Under the pieces are notes generated by a model. The model worked only from the letters and a program-made list of their open reading frames with translations, had not been told where the DNA came from and did not search any database. Made by a program: the position numbers and the translations under genes. 32,552 nucleotides of DNA from Dimargaris cristalligena (lineage: Eukaryota), in NCBI GenBank assembly GCA_003614675.1, contig ML002421.1, positions 1 to 32,552 on the forward strand, written 5' to 3'. Positions within the stretch are counted from its first letter, which is position 1, and the number at the start of each line of letters is the position of its first letter. Of this stretch, positions 1-12,150 are shown piece by piece.

Positions 1-900
1 CTTACTGCCACCTCTTGGAACAGCAAGTCTATCATCACCTTTCCCTTTTTATCACCTATCTTTTCAAATAAAGTTAAGTTTTCAAGGATTTGAGTTCAGT
101 TCTCTATAAGGGTGCTTGTTTGGGGTTGGGCCAGGCTTGGGGTGCTTAGTGGAGTTGCCAGGGCAGATACGGGCAGTGCATTCCCTGGGTGGGTGGCTAG
201 AGCTATTTCAATCCAGCATAATGTTTCTGGTGTAGAGTTCTCTTACTGTTGGAGGGTAGCTTATTGCTCCTCCATGCCCTGCATTCAATTGGTGATCCAA
301 AGGATGCTATCTACTAGTTATTCTTGGGTCTGGGAGTGGGTAGCACTTTGTTCCCAGAGCATCACTAGAATTTCTTGGTATGGGTTGGGGTCGCATGCCA
401 GGGCTGGTGGGGTTGGGTTCAGGGGCTGCAATATGTTGGTACTCAGTGAATCACTGATCTTGATGTATAGTAGGGTTGCTTCATTCCACTTGTCATAGTA
501 GGGGAGTCTAGGTGTGTTATCCAGGTTGACTGAAACAGTTGTTGGAATACTGGTTTTGGGCTGTCCTTGGGTGTGGCATGTGGACTGGGTTGCCTGGGCA
601 GTCTCCTCCTTCCTTTGACTAGCTCGGGTATCTGAGCTAGTGGGGGCAGAGGGTTTGTATGTACACCATGGCCCTTGTTGCTATTCTCTATTGTCTGTTC
701 ATGTTTTTCTCTCTCTTTTTTCCTCTTATTATTTTTATTTACAAAAATAAAGAATTATATTAACTCTATTTATCTGGGCATGTGGTTCAATGGTTAATTG
801 GCTAATGCAGGTTAGATTAACCTACCAATGGTGGCGGAATGCTGCTGCAATCATTTACTTTTTATTATTATTATTATAGAATCTTACTATCTGTTGTAGC
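1..900 (-). mobile_element. Decayed transposon-like (gag-like) coding remnant, CpG-depleted
   Basis: Only 4 CpG in 1-900 by hand count (170, 392, 625, 835) despite moderate GC. One minus-strand frame reads DPNPYQEILVMLWEQSATHSQTQE*LVDSILWITN*MQGMEEQ*ATLQQ*ENSTPETL, a Gln-rich coiled-coil-like stretch followed by a Pro/Ser/Thr-rich segment, with in-frame stops at 320, 287, 263 and 245. No diagnostic TE motif is visible, so the TE assignment is inference. Confidence 0.45.
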
Positions 901-1425
901 TGGCTCATCTCTAGCTGTATAATTAAATTGCGCCCATGAAATCACTTTGATTGTTGAACTGGAGTTAGGCTGCCCTCTAATTATATTTTCCGGAAGGGAG
1001 AGAGAACAGCCGGCTGCAGTTCGAGGTTCAACGATATAGGCAATTCAGAAGGTCCTATAGCACTCCTCCCAGCAGATGGCCGTTGGAATGTATTGCTATT
1101 TGGTTTAACCCCTCACTTCCCCCTTTTCCCATGTTTCCCCCTTATTGTGTCTGATAATGCAACCGCCCGGGTCTATATACTACACTGGTTTAATGAGATT
1201 TAATCTGTACCATCTAATAAAGTGGACCATCCCCAAGTCGGAGCAGGGGAGTGAAGAGGCTAGTAAATTAAGAAAATGCATAATCGGTGGGGGTCGTGCT
1301 AAGGGTAAAACCATTAAAAAAATAACTGAGCGCCATTTGTTCGGCGTGGTTAGGCAAATAGGGGTGTATGTTGTTTTTAAATAAAAAGGGACCAATCCAT
1401 GACGAGGGGCATGCCATGGGCCTAT

Positions 1426-4358
1426 TTAAAGCTTGCTTTGGCCAACGGCCGTAGTGGCCGGTTTGGTCAAAGTGACGGCCCCTGATTTGATGACCCAGGA
1501 GTCCCGCTCTACATCGCGGACCTGGAACAGAACCTTGCAGCCATTGTCCACTAACCACATGTGGGTCTCCAGGGTCTCGCCTGGGAAGACATGGCCGGTG
1601 AAGCGGGCCTTGATGTCCTTCAAAAAGTCAGCTTGGTTACCACCGTAGGTTTGCATAATGTGGCGGGCCGCGTGGCCGTAGCTGCACAGTCCGTGTAAAA
1701 TGGGTATTTTGAATCCGCCCAGGGATGACATGGCGGGGTCGAGGTGCAGCGGGTTGTAGTCACCGTTGAGGCGGTACAGGGCGGCCTGATTTTCGGGCAC
1801 ATGCTGGCTCACCACCGCGTCGGCGGGGCGGGCGGGCGGGTCATTCGAGGCCAGGGCCGCCGGCGAACGGTCCGTGGAGGGGGCGACTGCCTTGAAGTTG
1901 GGGTGCTGGCTAAATCCCCCGCTGCCTCGCACGAAAAGGGACGATTCGGTTGTGGCCACCAACTCCTTATCGGCGTTGAAATAGGTCACGCGGGCCACCA
2001 CCACGGCCCCAGACTTCTTGTCCAGGACGTCCACGATGCTGGTCTTCATGGTGAGGGCGGCTTCGGTGGGCACGGGGCGGTGGATTTCCAGGAACTGCTC
2101 GCCGTGCAGGAGCATCATGGGCCTGAAGTTCGGCAGGAACGCTCCCAGTTCCAAGTCGCCCTGGTGGGACCCAAGGACCGGGAAGGTGGGGAAGGTGCTA
2201 AAGTTCAGGTCGTTTTCGTACACCAGGTGGAGGTCCTTGCGGCTGGCCCCGATACCCAGGGCGTACAGAATCACGTCCCGCTCGGTGTAGGAGAAGGTGA
2301 GTTCCGGGTAGGCCCGCTGGCGGACGGCCGCCACATCCAACAGCTTTTGGCTGGCCGCCGGGGCTTTACCCCCCGCTTTCTGGGAGGTCTGCAGTCTCTG
2401 CACAATCTCCTGGACGATGGCCGTGATGGCCTCAGGCCCCGAGCGCGGATAGGCCGACGGGCGGCCTTCGAAGGAGCTGATTTCACTCCAGTGGTCCCGG
2501 ATCGCCTCGGGGGTGAGGGGTTGGCGGGGATCAAAGTATTTGCCGGCGCTCCGCTGGCGGCGGACCTGGGCCACCCAGCCGCTGCCGACTTCGAAGATAT
2601 CCCCGGTGGTGGTGCAGGCGTCGTGACTCAGGTAGGCCACCAGAGGCGCGACGTAGTCCGGTTTGAGGGCCTCCACGACTTCGGGGGGCATAATCGTAGC
2701 GGTCATGCTGGTCCCGGCGTTGGGGGCAATGGTATGGATCTTGATGTTGTGTTTGGCGCCCTCCAGGGCCAGTACGTTGCTCAGGCCCAGGATGCCGGCC
2801 TTGCAGGCGCTGTAATTGGCCTGGCCGAAGTTGCCGTACAGACCCACCGCGGAGCAGGTGTTGATGACCCGGCCGGATTTCTGTTTCAAAAAGTAGGGCC
2901 AGGCGGCCCGGGTGACCTTGTAGGTGCCCAGCAGGTGCACCTGGTAGACCAGGTCCCACTCCTTGGCGGTCATGCGGGCGAAACTCCTGTCCCGCAGAAT
3001 TCCGGCGTTGTTGACAATCACGTCGACCCGACCAAAGGCCCGAATGGCCGCTTCGATGACGGCGTCCCCCTCGTCCACCGAGCTGTAGTTGGCTACGGCG
3101 GGGGCGCCCAGCTGCTGGACCTCCTCCACCACCACGTCGGCGGTACGGCGGCCGGTCTCCGTGCGGCCCAAGTCGTTCAGAACCAGCTTGGCGCCCAGCC
3201 GGGCGAATAGCAGGGCGTAAGCCCGGCCCAAGCCGGCACCGGCCCCCGTCACCACCACGACCTTGCCATCGAAGCGCAGGGGGGCGCCCTGGTGAGCGGG
3301 CCCGGCGGAGGCGGCGTTGGCACGCTCCAGCAGTTCCATCCAGTTGACCTCGGTGATAGTTTTCGGGTAGTAGGGGTGGGAGAAGTCGGTGATGGCACCC
3401 CACTCGGCCTGGACGGCGGCGGGGGTGAAGCTCGCGTCGGCCTTGAACACGTGGCCTTGGCCGCGTTCCCAGCGGACCTTGGTCACACAGCCCCCGCCCA
3501 ATTCGTAGGCGCCACCCGTCTCGGCACAGGAGTCGTGGCAGAGGTAGGCCACCAGGGGGGTGATGCACTTGGGGCTGAGCAGCGGGGCGACCTCGGCGGG
3601 GAAAGTGGACTCGGTCATGCGCGACATGGCGATGGGGGCAATGGCATTGCAGTGGATATTGTACTTGGCACCCTCTTGGGCCAGGGTGTTGGAGAGACCC
3701 ACCAGGGCCAGTTTGGCCGAGCCGTAGTTGGCCTGACCGTAGTTGCCATACAGGCCGGTGGAGGAGGTGGTCATGATAATGCGGCCGAACTTCTGGCGGC
3801 GGAAGGTGTCCCAGGCGGCCTTGGTCACCAGGAAGGCGCCCCGCAGGTGGACGGCTTGGACGAGGTTCCAGTCGGCGTCGGTCATTTGGGCGAAGCTCTT
3901 GTCACGGAGGACCCCGGCGTTGTTGATGAGCACGTCGATGCGGCCAAAGGCCTCCAGGGCGGTCTGGACAATGGCGGCGCCATTCTCCACGGAATCGTAG
4001 TTGGCCACGGCCTTGCCCCCCTTTTGGCGGATTTCCTCGACCAGGGAATCGGCGGCGGAGTGGGAGGCCCCACCCCCCACCAGCGAGGAACCGAGGTCAT
4101 TGACCACCACGGAGGCCCCGCGGGAAGCGAAGAAGAGGGCATAGTCGCGACCGAGGCCTGTGGGCGAGCAATGGGAATAGATGGAAGAGGTTTGGTTAGT
4201 TGCAATTGCGCCGGTTTAAAGCCCAGGGTGCAGGGTTCAGCAGCGTTATGTAGGTGGGGTAATATATATATATATATATATTCAAGCGGGACCTTACCAC
4301 CACCGGCACCGGTTACCACGACCACCTTGCCGTCGTAACGGAGTTCTTGGGCGGGCAT
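1426..4358 (-). CDS. FOX2: Peroxisomal multifunctional beta-oxidation enzyme (hydratase-dehydrogenase, MFE-2/Fox2), 930 aa
   Basis: Exons 4358-4298 and 4157-1426; intron 4297-4158 (GTAAGG...ACTAAC...CAG) joins MPAQELRYDGKVVVVTGAGG|GLGRDYAL. Two tandem SDR domains (TGAGxGLG, NNAG, YxxxK), then a MaoC-type hydratase (LYRLNGDYNPLHLDP...PILHGLCSYG). C-terminal PTS1 SKL. Confidence 0.97.
4262..4281. repeat. (AT)10 microsatellite in the FOX2 intron
   Basis: Direct reading of the sequence. Confidence 0.9.
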
Positions 4359-6480
4359 GTTGACAGGTAATATAGAAGGGGGCGGGGTTTTGAATAGAGA
4401 AAATGAAAAAAGAATAGGAGACGGGTACGGTATAGTGTAAACCCAAAGGGCACAGGAAAGAAGGTAGGAGGGAGGTGCGGAAATATTACACGGAGGGTAC
4501 CGGTGAGTATATAATATAAGGGTATTATGTACAGAGGGAGAAAACAGCACTTGACTTGCCTTGGCTTGAATGGGCGGGGCCGGGGCTATATATCCAGAGA
4601 TTAAGAAGTTACTGTGAATGAATCGCGCGGTGTGCGGGAAGGGTTTCAGCTGCCAAAGTAATGGGAATGTGTGGGGCGAGACGAATGGGCTGGATATATG
4701 CATATATAGGAGGGCCTAGAGCGTGAACCAGTTGGTACGGGGGGATCGCCCTCGTTCCCTTGGAAGCATAGGGCCTCTCCCTCGCTTACAGCGTGCATAC
4801 AGACGATATCTGCGCATTCATTGAACCCAGTCCGGTGGATTATTAATGACGGGGGTTGCTCAGTGAGAGTGGCCTTTGACTTCCGCAGGGAAGAACGTGA
4901 GCATGTGACGGCTTTTCGTAGCATCACCAAATAAATATAAATGACTACTTAACTTACCTACCTTTCACATGCCACCGGCGGTTAGCTGAACAACTTCAGC
5001 TGCCATGCCTCACTGCCAATGGTAGTGGGCTGTGTATGTGCCCCCCCTCCTTTCTCACACGGGGTCCCAGATGAAATGGGGGGCAGGTGTCCTCTCAGTG
5101 GAGACGTTTCCTCCACGACTCGCCCTTTCCATTTGTCCTTTGAAGGTGATTCTCCGAGCGGCAATAATTCGATTTGCAAGGAAGACGGGACGGAGCGAGG
5201 GACGGTCGCTTTAATCCAGGTATACCATAAATGGCTTATCCGGATAATTATAGACGTGGGGGCTTACAATGGTTTTTTGTTAATGGCGACGACCGTTGGC
5301 GGGTGGAATGCGTGAAGAAGATAGGAGGGGGGTTGTATTATAGCAGCAGCGGAAGAAGTGGCAGCCGAACACCGTGCCATTCGTCATTCGTCCCGATTAA
5401 TCCGCCTGCATTGGAGAGAAAGCGAGAGAGCACGTGAGCCAACCTAACTAGCCCTGCGACTCTCGCTCTCGCTCTCCTCTCTGACCCCAATCCTTTTGCT
5501 AGAAGCCACGTAACGGCATGAGCCAGGTTAGGCGGGAGGAATCCCAATCAGCCGTAATAACATCCACCTCCACCATTCATCATATATATAGGCGAAATTC
5601 ACCACTTGGATTAAAATGATGGATTTAAACTAATGCGGCTCTATGGGAAAATATAATATAATGGGTGCCATTTTTAAATGCGAATATCCGCCACAGCAAA
5701 CGGACAGTTAGTTAGCTAGTTGTTCGCTAGCCCTCTAACCAACCCTCACTAACCCCATGTGGCAACGTCACCCCACCCTCCCAATAGGGAACCCCGCCCC
5801 ACCTTATCCGCTAGATTTAGAGGCTGGCGAGTGGTGGAAATTAGTAGTGTGCACCACACCACCACCACTGTCTTACCCATCCGTTGAACGGCTTTTTTTT
5901 ATCTGATCAGCAGTGTTCCTGAAACTCCATATTACCTTTAGTGGGGGCCGATTTAAATGTTACCAAGGCAGAGCTAGGGCCCGAAGTATTCTACGACCAA
6001 ACTAGCCTGGTGGACTCAATAGAGGGGTTGGCCTACGACCTACCAATAATACCTTTGAGGCTCAGGAACTTGGCTGGAGTAATCAGATGGATGTGGTAAA
6101 AACGTTGGGGCGAACTAGAGAAGCGCAGGGGAGTAATTATCGTCCGGACTTAATTCCATGTCGCACAGCTGGTGACTAATTTCTGGGGGCCGCGCGTATA
6201 ACCCATCCTAATAATACACACTAGCCTCTAGGTACATTGACGTGTATACCAGACCCATTTTTTTGTTTGAGGAGGTAGTCCGCTGCGCTGATCCAGTAGG
6301 GGAGGAGCCATATGGGGTTTAGGAGAGTTGCTGCCGCTTGGCTCGATTCCCTCCTTCTCTTCTTTCTTCCTATATCTTGCTTTTGTACCATTACCTCAGT
6401 TTGGGTTAGCCCCCCGCGACCTATTTTTTTTTTAAAAAAATCCTCCTCCTCCGGCCCCGCCCATTCACTTCCCTGCCGCC

Positions 6481-7611
6481 ATGTGCGACCATGTCCACGA
6501 CCATGACTACGAGACCCTCCCCGAAAACTCGCCTCTGGTCATCCACCTAGTGGCCGGGGCCATGGCCGGGATCGTCGAGCATTCGGTCATGTACCCGTTC
6601 GATAGTATCAAGGTGAGTTGCCTATTAAATAAAGCGCCGTTCATGTATGGGTGAGATTCCCCAGGCCCCTCCAATCCTATAGTCCCTCCTTCTTTACCGC
6701 ACCAATGTCTCTCCGCCCACACGGGTCATACTAACCAGCGCATATATAAACCACCCCATGGTCTGTTTGGGGGCCGATTCCGGTCTGGCCGTCCAATTGC
6801 GCCCCTTCCCCACCCCTAGACTCGCATGCAAGTGATCCAACCCAGTCCGCAGGCCGTTTACTCGGGGGTAGTTCAGGCCGTGTCCCACATTGGCCATACC
6901 GAAGGACTGAAGACCCTCTGGCGTGGGGTCAATTCAGTCATCCTAGGCGCCGGTCCCTCGCATGCCCTCTACTTTGCCACCTACGAGTATATCAAGGACT
7001 TGGTCGGTGGCAATTCCGACCAGGGTAGCCACCCGCTGGCCTCTGGGCTTGGAGGCGCCTGCGCGACCGTCGTGTCCGATGCCCTTATGAACCCCTTTGA
7101 TGTGATTAAGCAGCGCATGCAGGTCCACGGCTCAACCCACCGTAACATCCTGGAATGTGCCCTCCAGGTATTTCGCCGCGAGGGCCTGGCCGCCTTTTAT
7201 GTATCCTATCCCACCACCCTGGCCATGACCATCCCTTTTCAGTCTATTCAATTTGCCGCTTATGAATCGTGCCGCAAGTTTTTGAACCCCGACGGCCACT
7301 ACGACCCCAAAACCCATATCATCGCCGGTGCCGCCGCGGGCGCCCTAGCCGCCGCCGCCACTACCCCCCTGGATGTGATGCGCACCCTTCTTCAGACCCG
7401 GGGACATGCTACCGACCCCCGGATAATCGGCGCCCGGGGTATCGGCGATGCCTTCCGCATCATTTACGAGCGGAAGGGCCTGGCCGGTTTCTGGAAGGGC
7501 ATCCAACCCCGTATCATATCGCACGTGCCCTCCACGGCCCTCTCGTGGGTCACTTACGAGTATTTCAAATGGGTCATTGGTAAAAACCGGTCGGATCCCC
7601 CGGCCAGTTAA
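6481..7611 (+). CDS. MRS3: Mitochondrial carrier, mitoferrin (Mrs3/Mrs4 iron importer), 307 aa
   Basis: Exons 6481-6612 and 6820-7611; intron 6613-6819 (GTGAGT...TACTAAC...TAG). N-terminus DYETLP...AGAMAGIVEHSVMYPFDSIK|TRMQ. Three carrier signatures Px[DE]xx[KR], plus GAGPSHALYFATYE and YVSYPTTLAMTIPFQSIQF typical of mitoferrins. ATG context is GCCGCCATG. Confidence 0.93.
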
Positions 7612-7827
7612 CCCTGTATAAGCCCACCGCACCCCTCACATATTCGTCCATCCGGTCATATCGTAGCTAAGAGAGACATTGGTATAGGATCCCCCGCATT
7701 ATTAGGTTGTGCGTGGGTTTATTGATTATCCCAAAATAATAAGTCAATTAAAAGTATGGAATGGAATGGAGTATAACCTAAACCTAGTGTCACTGGAGTA
7801 TAAATGTATGTATGGCCGTCTCTGTTT

Positions 7828-7878
7828 CAGTACCAATACCAGTATCAGTATCAGTATCAGTATCAGTATCAGTATCAG
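7828..7878. repeat. (CAGTAT)n hexanucleotide microsatellite
   Basis: Six perfect CAGTAT copies at 7840-7875, preceded by the variants CAGTAC and CAATAC. Confidence 0.9.
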
Positions 7879-8376
7879 GGGAGGGGGAGGGGGAGGGGTC
7901 TATCGCCCTAGCTGAACCTGCACGGGCGAGGCCTTAGCGCCATGGTTGGTTGGTAAATAGTGATTGGTGGTGGTGAGACTAAACTAAGGCGGCCCAGCTA
8001 TTGTGCAACCCGCTCTATCCAAGGTCAGAGGAACCCAAGATATAACTAACCTAAATGTGCCAAAATAATAATATCCGACTGTCACCAACTAAACCTAAGC
8101 CTGTTGGTGGAAGGGGGCTCTCGGCCTCCCGAAGCTGCGGGCTGCTCCTTGGCGGAAAACGAGGCACTGGTATTGGCATTTCCCCTAGCCCCCGATCCCG
8201 CCCACTCTCCGACCCATCTTTCCCCATTTGCCAAGTGATGTAGTAAATAAATATATATATAAAAAATCGGTATTCAACTCCGCATTCTTCCCCCCTATTG
8301 TTGTTGGTGGTTCCTGCTCCCCCACCCTTATTTCGTGCTTCTCCACCCGAATCATAGCCCTCCCGCCCCAGGCGCC

Positions 8377-10804
8377 ATGGGTCCGACTCTACCGTCGCCG
8401 TCCACCACTGCCCATATACCCTTGCCAGTCCCCTCCTGCCCCGCCACCCAGGCCGCCATTTACAAACAGCTGGAGGCCTGTGTCCGGTCTTCCTGGGACT
8501 ACCATCTGTCTAGCAATGCCTTTTTCTACGCCGAGCAATGGTTCGCTCTCCACAACACGTGTTCCCGGGCCCTTGGTTCCTTAGCCCTCTGCTACCATCG
8601 CCAACACCAGTTCCAAGCCTGTTTTACCCTCCTCTCTACCCACAGCTCCCTATTCGCGGCCGCACCGGCCCAACCGGAGTCCCACGACGACCGCCTTGCC
8701 TGCGTCTATCTACTGGCCCGAACCTGCATCGAGCTGCAGCGTTGGCCGGATGCCGAGGTTCACCTGGAACGGCTATTGAAGGAGGCCGACCCCGATAGCC
8801 ATCCCGCTCGGCCTACGCTATTGACCGCCCCCGAGGGTCCACTGACCTACCCGGGTCGGGCTGTTGTGCACTACCAACTGGGCCAGGTCTACCTCCAAAC
8901 GGGTCGGCCGGAGTTAGCCCAACAGTCATTTCGCCAGTGTCTGGCCGCCGACCCCTACTGCTGGTGCGCTTGGCAGGATTTGAGTCGGCTCACCTATACC
9001 CTGGTCCCGGATCCCTTCTTTCAGCCCTCCGCCACGCTCCCGGATTTGCCCGCTCGCTTCACCTCGGAGGCCACCCAGACCGACCCGGCCCCGGCCATAC
9101 CGTTGTCGCGACCCCCGCGGCTTAAATCGGCCGCGAAACAGCCCGCGATGCCCCAGGCCTCCCGCCCGACGGCAGACGGTCCGCTGCCCCTGATCCGCAA
9201 AATCCCCCGGCGGTCCCCCGGTAGTGAACGGCGCCGATCTCCCGGCTGGCGCTTGGGTAGTCGACTGCCCACTAAAGCCACAAATGCCCCGGGGCGGGGC
9301 CCGCTTTCCTTACTGCCGCGGGGACTCAAAGGCGCGAGTGCTTTGCCCACCCGCTCGGAGACCAAGCCCTCCCCTGGGCTACTGGCGAAACGGGGCACTG
9401 CGGGCCCCCGGCGACCGGGCCCGACGGGCGGGGCTGATCCGGTATCGCGGATACGCCCGGTTCGTACCGCGAATCCCACCGTTCGCGGCCTGGATAAGAA
9501 ACGCACCCGCTCTACGGGACAACTCCCCGAGTCCCCTTCGGCTACGGAGCCGGGCCACCCCCTAATATCCGAGAGTCAGGAAACCGAACCCCCGTCGATG
9601 GACTCTCCACCCCCCTCCCCCCCCTGCGCCGAGTCCCGATAAGAAATCCCGCCTGGTGTCCCCGGAACCCGGTCCGCCAGCTCACGTGGGGGCGGATCGG
9701 TTCGTGTGCGCTCTGCTGCTCGGGTTCGCCCGTGCTTACCAGGCCGCCGCCCATAATCGATGCCGCCCGGCGGTGGATCACTTCGAAAGGCTACCGCCTA
9801 CTATTCGGGCCAGTGCCCGGGTCATGACCCAGCTGGGGCGCCTCTATTTTGAATTGGGGGACTATCCCCGGGCCGAGTCCCACTTCAACTGGGCCTGGGA
9901 ACACCAACCTTACCGAGTAGAGGGCTTGGAGGCCTACTCCACGTTGCTTTGGCACACCCGGCAACTGACCGCCTTGAGTCACTTGGCCCACACTCTGGCG
10001 GCGCTGCACCGCCGGACGCCCGAGGCCTGGTGTGCGGTCGGGAATTGCTTCAGCCTGCAGTGTCAGCACGCGGCGGCCCTCGGCTGCTTTGAGCGAGCCA
10101 GTCAGCTGGACTCCCAGTTCGTTTACGCCTATACCCTCGCCGGCCATGAGCACATTGCGTACCAGCAAGACTGGACCCAGGCCCAGCAGTGCTTTAGAAC
10201 GGCTCTCCGTTTAGACCCCCGGCATTATAACGCCTGGTACGGACTGGGGCTGACCTTCCACCAGTGCGACCAAGAGGACCTGGCCGCGTTTCACTTTACC
10301 CGGGCCCTGGAACTCTACCCGCACAACCCCACTCTCCACTGTGCCCTGGGCATGGTCCGGGAAAAGCAACAGGACCATACGGCGGCTCTGGCCCACTATG
10401 AGCGAGCCATTGAGGCCGCGGCCACCCACGGTGCCGGCGCAGGCCCGGACACCTCCCTGCCCTCCCACTACCACCCGCAGGCGGGCTTCGCCCGGTTTAA
10501 ACGGGCGTCTTTGCTGGTCCAGGCCGAGCGGTACCACGAGGCCCTGGCCGACTTGGCCCTGCTGAAGGCGGCGGTGCCCCACGAGGCCAATATCTACTTC
10601 CTGGCCGCCCAGATTCACCAGCACCTGAATCAGGCGGATCAGGCCGTCCTGTGCTATGGCTGGGCCCTGGATTTAGACCCCCAGTCCGCCCCGCTTATTA
10701 CCGAGGCCATGGAAAAGTTGGACGTTGACCTTCGGACCACCATGCTCTCATCCCGGCCCTCCACCCCCGAGCCCAACGGACTGTCAGCGGAACCTTTCTT
10801 TTAA
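8377..10804 (+). CDS. CDC27: APC/C subunit Cdc27/Apc3 (TPR protein), about 808 aa if joined; +1 frame break within 9566-9639
   Basis: Frame 1 (ATG 8377 to TAA 9642) encodes the Apc3 N-terminal TPRs (LEACVRSSWDYHLSSNAFFYAEQW; QCLAADPYCWCAWQDL) and a disordered linker. The +1 frame (open 9566-10804) encodes the C-terminal TPRs (YSTLLWH...PEAWCAVGNCFSLQ...YAYTLAGHE...RHYNAWYGLG). I found no convincing GT-AG intron bridging the frames. Confidence 0.9.
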
Positions 10805-11961
10805 ACTAGGCGTGGCCATAGTGGGGTTAGTGGGTGGGGGTATTTGCCCGTCGCTAAAATTGGGTGGTTGGGCTTAAGCCTGCACCGCAGGCAGTTACTA
10901 AAAGGGGGATGGAAGCCCTTGGTAGTACGGTCGTGTATGGTCTAAAGCTATTCGGTAAATCTACTGTAATTTGCTCGTTTAGGGCTGAGTTTTTGAGCTG
11001 GCCGAGTGAGGGAGTTTTCCGGAATATTACAATAATCCTCTGTGAAGGACGACTCGCCATACACACGACCCAGCCAGCGTTCAGCTAGGCCCATTGGCCA
11101 GAAGTTCATTCTGGCAGTCATAAATACCATTATCAGTTTGGATCTTTAGAGTCGCATTCTACACAGGCCTTTTTGCTGAATATTATGAAAGGGCGATTCT
11201 TCTGGCTCCACTAATCCTGAATGCTATGTAAATATCTACCCAAGTCAAAAGACATCTGGCCCCAAGCCACCGATTAAGATCCGGGGGATGTGCTAGGGTT
11301 GGTTTTTTGACGACAATCCTCCTCGGCTTAACCCGGTTTGGTCATGGTGAGATTATAGTGTTTTGACCCCGCGCCCAGTGGGGGCAGATTTTGGGTGCAG
11401 ACGGTCTGGCAGCACCCTTGAGAGAGTCCGGGTCGGCCGACCCGCTTGAGACCTGCCGCCGACTAATGTCCGATGCTTCTTATAAACCCCAAGTCTTGAC
11501 TAAGCAATTTCTTACACTAATGGTTGAGGGAGGGAGGGGTTGTTCCTATAATTTCCATCCGCCGGGCAAACTATAATCCCCCACTAGCCCTGCCCATCAT
11601 AGGTCAGGTGACCAATTTCTGCCTAAATCATGGCAGACCAATCCAAAAAAAAAAGTGCAAAAAAACCCCCCGGGTGGGCAAAGAAATGTAGTTTGGGTGC
11701 CCACAGAAGACTGTCGCATGGGGCCTAACCCCGCTGGGAATGCCTCCCTTCCCTCACCCCTACTGACCCCCTCAGCAAAGGCCATTCTGCTCTCTCCTCC
11801 GTATAGCCGCATTATTGGCTCTCGATTTTCGCATTCAACGACCCTTCGTCTCGGTAGTTCTTACGGGATTCCTTGGAGCACCCCCGCACTGTGACTCATT
11901 TCAGTCCCCTTCCCTCAGTAATAATACCCACGATCGGATAGTCCATTGAGCTCTACTCGAC

Positions 11962-12127
11962 GTAAGTCAACTTCGTCAAACTATGTTTTACCTGGTCTTA
12001 CCATGCTGGTTTAGGCCAGTTACGGCTTTACGCCCCGGACGAGCTCTTTTCACCAGCTGGTAGCTAATGTGCAAGCTGCTCTCCCTGTATTTTTTAATGG
12101 TTCCCCATGCCCCTCTCCCGACTCTAG
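11962..12127 (+). other. Probable 5'-UTR intron of NOG2
   Basis: GTAAGT donor at 11962, GCTAAT branchpoint at 12063-12068, CTAG acceptor at 12127, 23 nt before the ATG at 12151. Confidence 0.6.
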
Positions 12128-12150
12128 CGTCCCCATATACATTCCAAACC

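Noticed and set aside
1744-4338. Long plus-strand ORFs (488 aa and 348 aa) antisense to FOX2
   Set aside because: Shadow ORFs produced by high GC at third codon positions. They mirror FOX2 codons and contain no recognisable domain.
4400-6480. Short ORFs and the AGCTGAA/TTCAGCT palindrome (4984-5001) in the FOX2-MRS3 divergent intergenic region
   Set aside because: No coding bias, recognisable motif or spliceable gene model, and no tRNA or snRNA pattern seen.
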